Assembly (NCBI GenBank): GCA_963663765.2 | Contig: CAXXUA010000005.1 | Span: 1,759,874-1,823,873 of the forward strand | Length of the DNA stretch: 64,000 nt | Direction: 5' to 3' | From: Candidatus Poribacteria bacterium | Lineage (GTDB): Bacteria; Poribacteria; WGA-4E; WGA-3G | Shown: positions 1-10,417 of the stretch, in pieces | Layout of the letters: every line of letters begins with the position of its first letter | Numbering within the stretch: position 1 is the stretch's first letter | Program-made: the position numbers and the translations under genes | The notes under the pieces: generated by a model | Databases searched by the model: none | The model's input: only the letters and a program-made list of their open reading frames with translations | What the model was told of the DNA's origin: nothing

Positions 1-38
1 TTAGTCTACGATGCACAACATCGGGAGAGAAAAACACC

Positions 39-1121
39 ATGATGAAACTGATTCTGACTTCTTGTGTCCTATTGTCTCTTGTTGCCAGTTCCCATGCGGT
101 ACCTGTCAAAAAACTTCAAATATTGATTGATAGTCAACCTATCGGATTCGACTCCGCACCGATACTCAAAAACAGCGATTGGCTTGTGCCAATAGAACCT
201 ATTTGCAAACAGTTGGAATTAAAGGTTGAGTATCCAGCTGGGGAAGATATGGTAGTTATCTGTGGCGGCGCAGCGTCTGAGTTGTGCGTACCACTACTGC
301 TTGAAAAGGACGTATTCAACATTGATAACGTCACTTATGCTAAACTTGAAAACATCACTGAACCGTTCGGTTTTGGCATTTACAAAGCATCAAAAAACCA
401 ATTTGAGATTATCCGCCCTGAGCAATTCCCTCCTCAATTTACGCTTCCTGATCTTGATGATACCCCCAGACGTTTGCAGGATTTTCGCGGTAAGAAGACG
501 CTTTTCTATATATGGGGATCGTGGTGAGGCTGTCGTGGACAACTGCCAGGATGGCAGAAGTTTTACGCTAACCATCGTGATAAACTCAACCTTGTTACTG
601 TTGCAATTGATGCGCAAGGTGCGTCTGTAGTCCGTCCTTGGCACGAAAAAGCCAACGCAGAATTCGTCACACTCGTCGATTCACAGAATATATTGGGTAA
701 CCTATACGACCTGAAAGCGATTCCCTTCGGCATGATGGTTGACGAAGCAGGACGAATGGTAAAACCGCCTTTCAGCATAAATGTTGCTAAGAAAGAGACA
801 ATTGCAATGCTGGAAAAATGGTTATCCGATCCCACCTATAACGCTACATTACTCGGCAGTGTGAAACCGAGAAAGAAATCCAAAAACCCAAAGATTGTTG
901 AAGCCAATGCTCGCTTTCAACTCGGTCGGACCTTGTTAGAAATAGGGAAAACGGCGGAGGCAATGAAGGAGTGGCGAAAAGCTTTGGCTTTAGACCCGAA
1001 GAACTGGATTATCCACAAGCAGATTTGGGCAGTTGAACATCCCGATAAGTTTTATGATGGTAATGTTGACTACGGATGGCAAAAGGCACAGTTAGAAGCA
1101 GAAAAAGAGAACGGAAATTAA
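39..1121 (+). CDS. Secreted thioredoxin-fold (AhpC/TSA/TlpA-like) selenoprotein with C-terminal TPR; UGA at 525-527 read as Sec
   Basis: ORFs 39..527 and 693..1121 share a frame and are separated only by TGA. Readthrough gives PQFTLPDLD...FYIWGSW-U-GCRGQLPGWQKF..., placing UGA at the redoxin active-site Cys. Signal peptide, TPR-like ARFQLGRTLL...WRKALALDP and a downstream hairpin are present. Confidence 0.85.
543..557 (+). promoter_or_regulatory. Putative bacterial SECIS element
   Basis: Perfect hairpin CTGCCA-GGA-TGGCAG starting 15 nt after the in-frame UGA, with G in the apical loop. Confidence 0.7.
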
Positions 1122-1276
1122 ATATCGGTTTCAGGTTTATGGCGAATTACTGAAACGATTAGTCCCTTCTTCCGTAGGTCGGATAGAGGGACGAAACCCG
1201 TATTGGTGTAGGCAGATTCATTCACGATATCAGGTACTGGTTTATCCGTTTCACCGAAAGCGAAGTTAGCGACTTC

Positions 1277-3457
1277 ATGGGGGCAAATCAAGCAGCAAAA
1301 ATGAATTACTTGGTACAGGTTAATATCTTTACTTTGCAGCAATGGAGTCAAACCGTATTTATAACGTTGTTGCTATGCTTTGGTATCTCTACTGGATTCT
1401 GCCAAACACAAAATGTTGGCACAATTCAGGGGCAGGTAACACACAACCAGAATAACCCTCTCTCCGGATACACCGTTTCAGTAGTTTCGCAAACAGACAA
1501 CATAACTTATGCTGCGAAAACCAATTCAGGTGGGCAGTTTGCCCTTAAAAACCTTTCTGTTGGTACTTGGGATGTGAAAGTGCGACACTACAGTACATTA
1601 CTTGCGGAACGTAAAGTTAAGGTTACTGAAAAAACTGAAGTGAACGCAGATTTTGTGATTGAAGGGACAGGGGGTATTTCGGGATTTCTGCTTGATTCCG
1701 ATAACAAACTTCCGCTGCCGATTTCTGGAGAGATAGAGGTCGGTCTCCTCATCCCTGACGATGAGTGGATAGATAGAACATACCAAGGAGAAATATCAAA
1801 CGGGTATTTTGAAGTCAAAAATCTGTTATCGGGACGTTATGTGATTGTTGATGTTTTTGACGGTTATGTTTTTGCTGTGTCCGATTCGCCTGTGATTAAA
1901 GTATATCCGAGCAGTCATGTCGGGGGTGTGGAGGTGCTTTTGAAACCGGGGGCATCTCTCTCTGGTCGTTTTGTTGATGCTGAAAACGGTAAGCCTATCT
2001 CTGAAGTTGCTGTCAGTGTAGCATCGGAAAAGAGCGAAAGCATATATTCAGAAGGTCTTTTCTTGCATGATACGGAAACAGATGTAAACGGTGAATTCCG
2101 CATCACAGCACCGAACGACTCAGAAACCTATTATGCCTTTACAATGATTGCATCACATCCCCGCTATCAGACACACCGTTGGCGGCGGGATATGTCTCCT
2201 GAGAAAAATACATACAATTTAGGTGAGCTCACGTTCAACCCTTTCCTCTCATTGGCAGGCAGCGTTACTGCTTCAAAATCAAGGCAGACAGTGGACAAAC
2301 TCAAGGTGCAGTTAAAAATGCACAACAAACCTGCTGACTTTTTTCGTGCAGGTGCGCAGCCTGAACACATTGTGCGAACTGACACGTCCGGCAATTTTCT
2401 CTTCACTGAACTGCATCCGATTGAATACAGTTTGACAATTTACCAAAATGATGTTATTATTGGACTCTTAGAGTCGGTCAATCCGCAAAGCAGAAAACAC
2501 CTAAAAATCCGACTACAGCCACTGAAAATGTTACAAGGAACAGTTGTTGATACGCAGGAACGTCCGATTGCTGATGCACAACTCTACGCAATTCGGCGCA
2601 GCGAAAGTCCGCATGGACATGGTGCGATTCTTTCCGTGACACAAACGGATGCAAAAGGTGCTTTCCACATGCAACTGTTAGGGACAAAGCCACACCTTCT
2701 GTCTGTGGAAGCCTCCAAAAAAGGTTATCTTTCAAGAGTATATCCAAATGTTGAAATCGATCAGGAACCGATGGTTATTCCTCTACAAGAGGGATTTCAG
2801 ATTAAGGGGCGTATTATATTTCCGCAGGATGTGTCGTCGGATGGATACTATCAAGTCAATGTCTTTCCAAAAGATACTAAAATGGCAATGACGTTGAACG
2901 CGCTTACACTGAACCGACCGCTGCTATCAAGGCGATATCCTCTCACGGAACCGACATTCATGTTGGATGGTCTTTTTGAAGAAGAATATACACTTTACAT
3001 CACTGGGGACGGTGTTGCTGCGACAAAAACTGATGTGAAGGCATCAGCAAATAGGGATGAAATATTGATTGTCGCGGATAGACCAACAGTGGAAATAAAG
3101 GGACAGGTATTTTGGGCAGGGACGAACAAACCTGTGCATAACGCGTTAGTGTCGCGCTCTTGGTATCCGTGGGACTTGAGTCAATACGATATGTCCATGA
3201 CCTTAGATCGTTTTGAAACAGAAGCAGATGCTGAGGGGAAATTCTCGTTTTCAAATTTAACGCAAGGACGTTATCAGTTACAAATTCGTGCTGTTCAATC
3301 CACATTTGACAAGGAGACTCAGGCATATCAACGCGCATATATCCAGAAACTGGTTACAATGCCTGTCTGTAGTAATAACATCCAACGTATCTATCTTGGG
3401 AAAGCGGATGGCACACCATTTGCTACCGTATATCCACAAAAAAGTGAAACAGAATAA
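1277..3457 (+). CDS. Secreted protein with repeated carboxypeptidase-regulatory-like (prealbumin/CnaB-type beta-sandwich) domains
   Basis: Repeated 'G.V.D....P(I/L)..A.V' and 'T(D/N)..G.F.(F/L)..L..G.Y' motifs; N-terminal hydrophobic stretch; start uncertain. Confidence 0.75.
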   Translation: MGANQAAKMNYLVQVNIFTLQQWSQTVFITLLLCFGISTGFCQTQNVGTIQGQVTHNQNNPLSGYTVSVVSQTDNITYAAKTNSGGQFALKNLSVGTWDVKVRHYSTLLAERKVKVTEKTEVNADFVIEGTGGISGFLLDSDNKLPLPISGEIEVGLLIPDDEWIDRTYQGEISNGYFEVKNLLSGRYVIVDVFDGYVFAVSDSPVIKVYPSSHVGGVEVLLKPGASLSGRFVDAENGKPISEVAVSVASEKSESIYSEGLFLHDTETDVNGEFRITAPNDSETYYAFTMIASHPRYQTHRWRRDMSPEKNTYNLGELTFNPFLSLAGSVTASKSRQTVDKLKVQLKMHNKPADFFRAGAQPEHIVRTDTSGNFLFTELHPIEYSLTIYQNDVIIGLLESVNPQSRKHLKIRLQPLKMLQGTVVDTQERPIADAQLYAIRRSESPHGHGAILSVTQTDAKGAFHMQLLGTKPHLLSVEASKKGYLSRVYPNVEIDQEPMVIPLQEGFQIKGRIIFPQDVSSDGYYQVNVFPKDTKMAMTLNALTLNRPLLSRRYPLTEPTFMLDGLFEEEYTLYITGDGVAATKTDVKASANRDEILIVADRPTVEIKGQVFWAGTNKPVHNALVSRSWYPWDLSQYDMSMTLDRFETEADAEGKFSFSNLTQGRYQLQIRAVQSTFDKETQAYQRAYIQKLVTMPVCSNNIQRIYLGKADGTPFATVYPQKSETE

Positions 3458-3798
3458 GGAGGTATATTGTCAGATTACGCATTGAGTCGCGCGGGAATAT
3501 ACGAAGATTATCCATAATCATGATTTATTTTGCTGATACGAATATTTTATTAAGTAAGAAGTTCTCTATTCTTGTGTAAGTGAAACCTTGGATGTTCTAA
3601 TTCCTTCAGATGGCACCTTTATTGTAGGGGCGGGGGTTTCCCCGATCGATTGGTAGTTCGTTTACACGGGCAAGGCAACCCCGCCCCTACGATGTGTGTG
3701 AGGATTAGCTGGCTTTAATTGATGTCTATGTGGGTTTCACAGGCTCTATCCGACCTACGAATAATGCCAGATCATCATATAGAAATGGTATAATTAGC

Positions 3799-4482
3799 AT
3801 GACACACACTTTGAAATTGTACATCACAATTATTATGCTCCTTTTCATACATGGCATCGTGTTTGCAGTTACTTGGCAAGATGACTTTGACCAAGTTACA
3901 GGGGATAACTGGCAACTGCAAGGCACAGATTCTCTGTGGCAGATTGAGGACGGAACACTAAAAGCAGGTATCCAGACTGAGAAGCAGTGGCGTACCTTAT
4001 TTGAACTTTACCGATATAACGCATTCACCGGCCCTTATGATACCTTTACAATAACGTTGGAAAATATCGGTGCGTCAGGAGAAGTTCGATTTGGGATCGC
4101 ACTCGGAAAGCATTTTTATAACGATGATGGGGAAATAGAGGAGACAGGTTATTATCTGTTTTTCACAAACGATATGCAAGCCTCACGGGATGGTAGAATA
4201 TTTCTTGGTCCTGGGAAACGGTGGGACACTGACGTGCTTGATGAATTGTCTCTCCAGTTTGATGGTGGAAGGTTTCAGTTGTTCGGTGATGGAGAAACTC
4301 GTATGGATTTTACGGATGCCAACCTACCCAAAATTGATATTATCGGTTTTGTCCTCGTCGGCTATGTTACAGATAGGGTGAATACGGGTGAGGCATGGGT
4401 AGAAAAGATTACGATTTCTGGTCTTGCTGTGTCACCTAAAGAAAAATTAACGACTATTTGGGGACATCTTAAACGGGAATAG
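3799..4482 (+). CDS. Secreted beta-sandwich (ConA-like) protein with conserved C-terminal tail AVSPKEKLTTIWGHLK
   Basis: Signal peptide, WQDDF start of the mature domain, paralogous to 5820..6515. Confidence 0.7.
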   Translation: MTHTLKLYITIIMLLFIHGIVFAVTWQDDFDQVTGDNWQLQGTDSLWQIEDGTLKAGIQTEKQWRTLFELYRYNAFTGPYDTFTITLENIGASGEVRFGIALGKHFYNDDGEIEETGYYLFFTNDMQASRDGRIFLGPGKRWDTDVLDELSLQFDGGRFQLFGDGETRMDFTDANLPKIDIIGFVLVGYVTDRVNTGEAWVEKITISGLAVSPKEKLTTIWGHLKRE

Positions 4483-4495
4483 GGATTCAGAAAAT

Positions 4496-5257
4496 ATGTT
4501 GCGAAAGAATTTAGATCTGATTTTCAATGGATTATTGCTATTGATTGTATTGGGTATTGCGTTCTGGAGTACGTTTGCGAAAGCGAAGTTGAATTCAAAC
4601 GAACGCGCGGAACCCTCTGCATCGGGTGCATACTATCGGACTCCCGGCAAAAATGGTAAGTGGTTCGGTTCCGAAATAAACTCATTAACGTTGTGTAAGG
4701 GTGTGCATAACCAATTTAACAATAGAGGATTTTTTGACATTACAGAAACGATTGAGAATGCCGTTGTGTCCAAGTCAAAAATCAATGGTGCTTTACATTG
4801 GTACCGGCGACAGAAATGGGTATTTGCAGACGAGAATACACCTTGGGGAACAAAAGAATCTATTATTACACTCCGTGATGACATGGGTTGGAGTGAAATC
4901 AGTCGTGGTACTGGCACCACGGGGTATCCTTGGAGCGGCATTGAAAGACATTGGCGGGACGACAACATTATCAGATCACAATCCTCTGTGATGGGATGGC
5001 GGCAGTATGCGCGTGGAAAAGATCGGTGGATATGTCCAATGTATTACAAAATTGGTGGGTGGCAAGGTGATAGCCTTGAGGTGCATTGCAAAACGCTTAA
5101 AACCTGGTTTCCACCTGACTGGAACGTCTTGGTACAGAGGAAAGGTGACTTCGGTTCACCCGTTGAGCGTAAACCTGGGGTCATCAGTCGGAAAGGGAAA
5201 CGCACAAACCGTTGGTACGATTGTATCAAAATCCTGGACTCGAGCACCGAACGGTAG
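4496..5257 (+). CDS. Hypothetical exported protein
   Basis: 253-aa ORF with N-terminal signal/TM segment; Trp/Arg-rich; no family recognised. Confidence 0.55.
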   Translation: MLRKNLDLIFNGLLLLIVLGIAFWSTFAKAKLNSNERAEPSASGAYYRTPGKNGKWFGSEINSLTLCKGVHNQFNNRGFFDITETIENAVVSKSKINGALHWYRRQKWVFADENTPWGTKESIITLRDDMGWSEISRGTGTTGYPWSGIERHWRDDNIIRSQSSVMGWRQYARGKDRWICPMYYKIGGWQGDSLEVHCKTLKTWFPPDWNVLVQRKGDFGSPVERKPGVISRKGKRTNRWYDCIKILDSSTER

Positions 5258-5372
5258 ACGCGCTTTGTAAGCGTGCAGGCAACCAAAAAAAGTAGAATAT
5301 TACATTATTTTCGTCATAATTCTTGATTATAGTAAAACCCATAATTATTTGCACATGCGGCACGGAACGCAG

Positions 5373-5715
5373 GGGTTGGGTAACCCAACCCCATAAGCGT
5401 CAATTTAAGGATTTTGACCTCTTGTGGGAGGGGTTTTCAACCCCGATTTTACGCGCTTTTCCTCTCAAATCGGGGTTGAAAACCCCTCCCACAAGAGAAT
5501 ATGCCAACACTTTTTTCTTAAGTTGACACCTATGGGGTTGGGTAACCCAACCCCATAAGCGTCAATTTAAGGATTTTGACCTCTTGTGGGAGGGGTTTTC
5601 AACCCCGATTTTACGCGCTTTTCCTCTCAAATCGGGGTTGAAAACCCCTCCCACAAGAGAATATGCCAACACTTTTTTCTTAAGTTGACACCTATGGGGT
5701 TGGGTAACCCAACCC
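5373..5715. mobile_element. Two tandem 143-bp MITEs (CATA(A/G)GCGTCAATTTAAG...CTTAAGTTGACACCTATG) inserted in a REP hairpin
   Basis: Elements at 5392-5534 and 5554-5696, each flanked by the 19-bp direct repeat GGGTTGGGTAACCCAACCC; internal inverted GTGGGAGGGGTTTTCAACCCCGAT REP pair. Confidence 0.8.
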
Positions 5716-5819
5716 CTACAAATGTATTATGTAAGATCCTATAGCGGAGTGTAAACATATTTTCGGATGCTACTATAAAACATGAAAACTGCGAAAGTCC
5801 TGAAAATCAATTGAATCTT

Positions 5820-6515
5820 ATGTCAAACCGCGTATTATCAATATTCATATTAGTCTTTATCTGCAACACTATTTCCGTATCTGCTGAGATATGGACTGAT
5901 GATTTCACTGTTGAGAATCCAGATGCATGGACGAAAGTTGGCAACAGTAGAGTATGGAAAGTCGTTGATGGATTTTTACGCGTTGAAGTCAATCGTGACT
6001 GGGGCGTTGAATACGATCTCTACCAACTTACTGCGTTCCCCGCACCCTACCGAGATTTTGCTATAAAGATAAAGGATTTTGGTGGAGACAAGTTGCGTTT
6101 CGGTTTGTGTGTTGGCAGGACGTTCCCTGATACACCCGAAGAAGATCCGTTCTTTTATGTGTTCTTTCCTGACGAAATTAGAACCAGACGATTTAATGGT
6201 AAAGGGAGTAGCCATCCTTTTCAAACTCGGTTGTCACGTGAACCTCGAACACGGTGGCATACGGATGTCTTGACTGAAATGGAATTGCATTTTAATTCGG
6301 GTCTATTTGTGCTTTTTGCTGACGGACAATTCCGGACGAAATTCCGTGACCGCAACTTCAATAAAATTGATATCCTCGGATTTGTCGTGGAAGGAATTAC
6401 CATCGCTAATCAATGGGTCGGTGAGGGATGGGTGGATTCTTTCACGATTTCTGGACTAAACGTTTCGCCTGAGGTAAAAGTGACATCAATGTGGTCGCAG
6501 CTCAAGAGCAGATAA
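5820..6515 (+). CDS. Secreted beta-sandwich protein, paralog of 3799..4482, tail NVSPEVKVTSMWSQLK
   Basis: Signal peptide; WTDDF, RFGL, L.F.SG.F.LF.DG and IDILGFV motifs shared with 3799..4482. Confidence 0.7.
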   Translation: MSNRVLSIFILVFICNTISVSAEIWTDDFTVENPDAWTKVGNSRVWKVVDGFLRVEVNRDWGVEYDLYQLTAFPAPYRDFAIKIKDFGGDKLRFGLCVGRTFPDTPEEDPFFYVFFPDEIRTRRFNGKGSSHPFQTRLSREPRTRWHTDVLTEMELHFNSGLFVLFADGQFRTKFRDRNFNKIDILGFVVEGITIANQWVGEGWVDSFTISGLNVSPEVKVTSMWSQLKSR

Positions 6516-7024
6516 TGCAAACCAATCAGAAAGCATCTCAGAGGAATAGTCATAACAACTCTGAACATAGAGTAGCGAAACAAATTCTGAAGGAATTGTT
6601 AACTGTCTGTATTTGGATCGTTGTTGGCGCCTTAACGCTCTGGGGTGCGGATGGGTTCGGACTCCTGTATTCCTCCTCCCCTTCTATTCCATATAACGTT
6701 TCTTCTCAAGTAGATTTTCCCGGAGTCTACCAAATATGGCAAAGTAATGATGCCGTTTTCGTGGACACCCGTTCCTCAGCAAGTTTCCGTCAAGGTCATA
6801 TTCCCGGTGCAATTAATGTCCCCATCAATCGTGTTGTGCAGTATTTAGACCGCCTACCCACAGACAAAGAAACGCGTTTAATTACATATTGCGGAAGTAT
6901 TGCATGTCCAAACGCTTTTCAACTGATGAACGTTTTGTTGGGTAAAGGCTACGTGAACGTTAGGTTTTTTCCACGTGGATTGCGAGATTGGCATGCAATG
7001 GGATACCCAATAGAAACAGAATGA
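6515..7024 (+). CDS. Membrane-anchored rhodanese-like domain protein
   Basis: FVDTR...F..GHIPGAINVP, ITYCGSIAC active loop, G...W...GYP. Confidence 0.85.
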   Translation: MQTNQKASQRNSHNNSEHRVAKQILKELLTVCIWIVVGALTLWGADGFGLLYSSSPSIPYNVSSQVDFPGVYQIWQSNDAVFVDTRSSASFRQGHIPGAINVPINRVVQYLDRLPTDKETRLITYCGSIACPNAFQLMNVLLGKGYVNVRFFPRGLRDWHAMGYPIETE

Positions 7025-7533
7025 CACCTTTATCGTTGCTCATAACAGGAATAAGAATAATCCTTGGGTTCATCTTACTTTTGTCGGGTGTTGCTAAACT
7101 GACAGATATCAGTGCTTTTCTAACAAATGTAAATGCTTACCAGATACTACCGATAGGATTGGTAAAACCGATGAGTTTCTTATTGGTTTCTGCTGAGATT
7201 ACGATTGGATCGGCATTGTGCATCGGCTATTTTTCGCGTGGTGCTGCTATCCTGTCGGCTTTTCTTTTTTTCATCTTCGCTGTTGTATTGGTAAATGTGT
7301 TGTGGCGAGATTTACCGATTGCTGATTGTGGATGTAGCAATTTTCTGTTTAGTTTCTTGGATGTCTTGGGATTGTCAATATCAGGAATACCGAACTGGAA
7401 GATGGTTTTTGCGGATGTGGTTTTGTCGGTGACAAGTATTGGTGTCGTTTGTTCATCACAGCAGGGGTATGGTCTGGAGTCGCTAATCCGAAACCTGCAA
7501 GATAGAAAAGACAATATCACGGATTGCTGGTGA
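7021..7533 (+). CDS. MauE/DoxX family membrane protein
   Basis: R..LG..LL.SG.AKL.D...F, EIT.G..L..G, DCGC motif; start overlaps the upstream stop (ATGA). Confidence 0.8.
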   Translation: MTPLSLLITGIRIILGFILLLSGVAKLTDISAFLTNVNAYQILPIGLVKPMSFLLVSAEITIGSALCIGYFSRGAAILSAFLFFIFAVVLVNVLWRDLPIADCGCSNFLFSFLDVLGLSISGIPNWKMVFADVVLSVTSIGVVCSSQQGYGLESLIRNLQDRKDNITDCW

Positions 7534-8245
7534 TCGCGTCGGCACGAAGGACTTCATAATAAGGTAAACACTCGGACAAAACAGTTTCTAATGCCTTTGG
7601 GAAAGGTTCGCGCTTTGGTTGGTATGGAGCAAATCCTTCACTACGATGCACATTATGATACCAATGCGGTGCCCACACTCCATCTGATGGGTGTCCCCCC
7701 TGTTCCCACGACAACATAGTCTCTTCAAACGGAAGTCCTAACCGATTACAAAGCGTTAACAGGACATGCTTCGGTGCAAGTAGCAGTTCTCGTGCATCCA
7801 ATATAGGCGGAGATTGTCCTATCTCTTGCAATTGCAATAACAGATCTGCTTGTGTCTTTAAGCCAGTGTCCTTCAACATTGGAATGCCGATAACTTTTGT
7901 TAGGGAGGGAAGCATCTCTTTTGGATCGCGGATGAGGAAGATATTGACCGTTTCCCGCATGAAGTCCCTGTCTATTTCAACGAGATGGTGTGCCATTTGC
8001 TTCATAAAGAGGACAGGTTTTGAACATGTTCCGAGGATAATGTCACGGATGACTTCAGCACCATCAATCGGTAAAGATGCCATCACCGCTTCGCGTCCAG
8101 GATGCATTGCACCACTGACATGCAGGTAGTGTGCATATAACGGTTCATCAATGATTTCGGTGTCACTACGTTGTCCGAACGCATACATTACGGCAGTTGA
8201 TATGTTTCGCGGCCCTGACCAAAGACAGATTCGTTTTGTATTCAT
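7517..8245 (-). CDS. Sulfotransferase-like protein (P-loop, WSGPRNISTA family)
   Basis: RICLWSGPRNISTAVMYAF, DEPLYAHYL, FMKQMAHH, LIRDP, GVWAPHWY. Confidence 0.8.
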   Translation of the reverse strand: MNTKRICLWSGPRNISTAVMYAFGQRSDTEIIDEPLYAHYLHVSGAMHPGREAVMASLPIDGAEVIRDIILGTCSKPVLFMKQMAHHLVEIDRDFMRETVNIFLIRDPKEMLPSLTKVIGIPMLKDTGLKTQADLLLQLQEIGQSPPILDARELLLAPKHVLLTLCNRLGLPFEETMLSWEQGGHPSDGVWAPHWYHNVHRSEGFAPYQPKREPFPKALETVLSECLPYYEVLRADAITSNP

Positions 8246-8318
8246 GTGTTTTCCTTACATTTATAGTATACTGATTGCTGCTTCATAAGTCAAGTGTTTG
8301 GAACAGGGATTAGGGATA

Positions 8319-10288
8319 GGGTGTGTAAAGTTTTTGCACAAACTGCTCATTCTCCATTGTAGGGCGGGGTCTCTGTGCCCTGCCGCAACTGATTAAATAA
8401 GAGATTGCGGGAACAGGACCCATAGGTGTTGTCAACATAAGGAAATATTGTTAATATCAACCATACTCTTCAGTCCCGTAGGGACGATATGTTTATAGAA
8501 AACAAATACCCTCATCATTCTTCAGTCCCGTAGGGACGATATGTTTATAGAAAACGAATACCCTCCACAGTTCTTCAGTCCCGTAGGGACGATATGTTTA
8601 TAGAAAACGAATACCCTCCACAGTTCTTTAGTCCCGTAGGGACGATATGTTTATAGAAAACAAATACCCTCCACAGTTCTTCAGTCCCGTAGGGACGATA
8701 TGTTTATAGAAAACGAATACCCTCCACAGTTCTTCAGTCCCGTAGGGACGATATGTTTATAGAAAACGAATACCCTCCACAGTTCTTCAGTCCCGTAGGG
8801 ACGATATGTTTATAGAAAACGAATACCCTCCACAGTTCTTCAGTCCCGTAGGGACGATATGTTTATAGAAAACGAATACCCTCCACAGTTCTTCAGTCCC
8901 GTAGGGACGATATGTTTATTCTTCTATGTCGTTCCTACGGAACTCAAGTGGGGTGGAAAACATTTTTTATAAACATATCGTCCCTAATGAAGATTAAAAA
9001 ATACTTTGGGTAATTCTACTAATCCGGCTACGGTAGGCGGGGAATGCCTAAATGGCATTCATACCGTTGATTTGGTGCTTTGTCCGCGCACCCCCCAACT
9101 GCAGGCGTGCTTTGTCCGCGCACCATCCAACTGCCTCCCAACTGCCACCCAACTGCAGGCGTGCTTTGTAAGCGCGCCAACCAACTGCCACCCAACTGCC
9201 ACCCAACTGCCACCCAACTGCAGGCGTGCTTTGTCCGCGCACCAACCAACTGCCACCCAACTGCCAACCAACTGCAGGCGTGCTTTGTAAGCGCGCCAAC
9301 CAACTGCAGGCGTGCTTTGTCCGCGCACCACCCAACTGCCAACCAACTGCCAACCAACTGCAGGCGTGCTTTGTCCGCGCACCAACCAACTGCCAACAAC
9401 TGCCAACCAACTGCAGGCGTGCTTTGTAAGCGCGCCAACCAACTGCAGGCGTGCTTTGTCCGCGCACCACCCAACTGCCTCCCAACTGCCCCCCAACTGC
9501 AGGCGTGCTTTGTAAGCGCGCCAACCAACTGCAGGCGTGCTTTGTAAGCGCGCCAACCAACTGCCACCCAATTGCCACCCAACTGCAGGCGTGCTTTGTC
9601 CACGCACCACCCAACTGCCACCCAACTGCAGGCGTGCTTTGTCCGCGCACCCCCGCCGCAACTGATTAAATGAGAGATTGCGGACACAGAGTCCTAATGA
9701 GTTTTGACGTTAAAGTTGTGTATTCGTAGGGGCGTGGTTTCCACACATGATCTACGCAAACTCAAAAACCAAACGGGTTGGGGAACCCAACCCCTACGAA
9801 TTCAACTACCGATTTTGATTGTCAAACTTCATTAGGTGTCAATATAAAGAAATATTGTTAATATTAACCATATTCTTTAGTCCCGTAGGGACGATATGTT
9901 TATAGAAAACAAATACCCTCCTCATTCTTCAGTCCCGTAGGGACGATATGTTTATAGAAAACGAATACCCTCCTCATTCTTCAGTCCCGTAGGGACGATA
10001 TGTTTATAGAAAACAAATACCCTCCTCATTCTTCAGTCCCATAGGAACGATATGTTTATAGAAAACAAATACCCTCCTCATTCTTCAGTCCCGTAGGGAC
10101 GATATGTTTATAGAAAACAAATACCCTCCTCATTCTTCAGTCCCGTAGGGACGATATGTTTATCCTTCTATGTCGTTCCTACGGAACTAAAGAGAGGGGA
10201 TGTGATAACGTCTTTCTATAAACATTGCGTCCCTACGGGACTAAAGAGAACAAAAGTTAGTACCTCTTTGCAAACACTTTACACACCC
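8319..10288. repeat. Composite intergenic repeat block bounded by ISKra4-like ends, containing about 54-bp and 53-bp tandem REP arrays and a GCAGGCGTGCTTTGT array
   Basis: GGGTGTGTAAAGTTTT at 8319 and CTTTACACACCC at 10288. AGTCCCGTAGGGACGATATGTTTATAG tandem units at about 8468-8920 and 9877-10165; CAACTGCAGGCGTGCTTTGT units at about 9075-9650. Confidence 0.85.
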
Positions 10289-10296
10289 AAGAATAT

Positions 10297-10417
10297 CAAG
10301 GTTATTCAGTTTTCCTAATTTTTGGATTTTTCAAAAAACAAACCCCGCGGTAGGAGCGACCTCCCGGTCGCGATTTTCTCAGGAAACAACTAAAATGCTA
10401 AAAACTGAATGCCCCTG
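10297..10417. mobile_element. 121-bp ISAs1-type MITE carrying a GTAG REP
   Basis: Ends CAAGGTTATTCAGTTTT / AAAACTGAATGCCCCTG, flanked by CAAGAATAT on both sides, the same 9-mer that flanks the adjacent ISAs1. Confidence 0.7.

Noticed and set aside
8468-8920. Regularly spaced repeats resembling a CRISPR array (also 9877-10165, 40413-41176, 49696-50165, 54908-55730)
   Set aside because: The intervening sequences are identical or near-identical rather than unique spacers, the same units are dispersed as REPs, and there are no cas genes
9006-9687. Overlapping ORFs of up to about 220 aa in several frames (also 40487-41356, 49745-50149, 54815-55835, 61340-62613)
   Set aside because: Translations of tandem REP units; open on both strands, low complexity, no RBS
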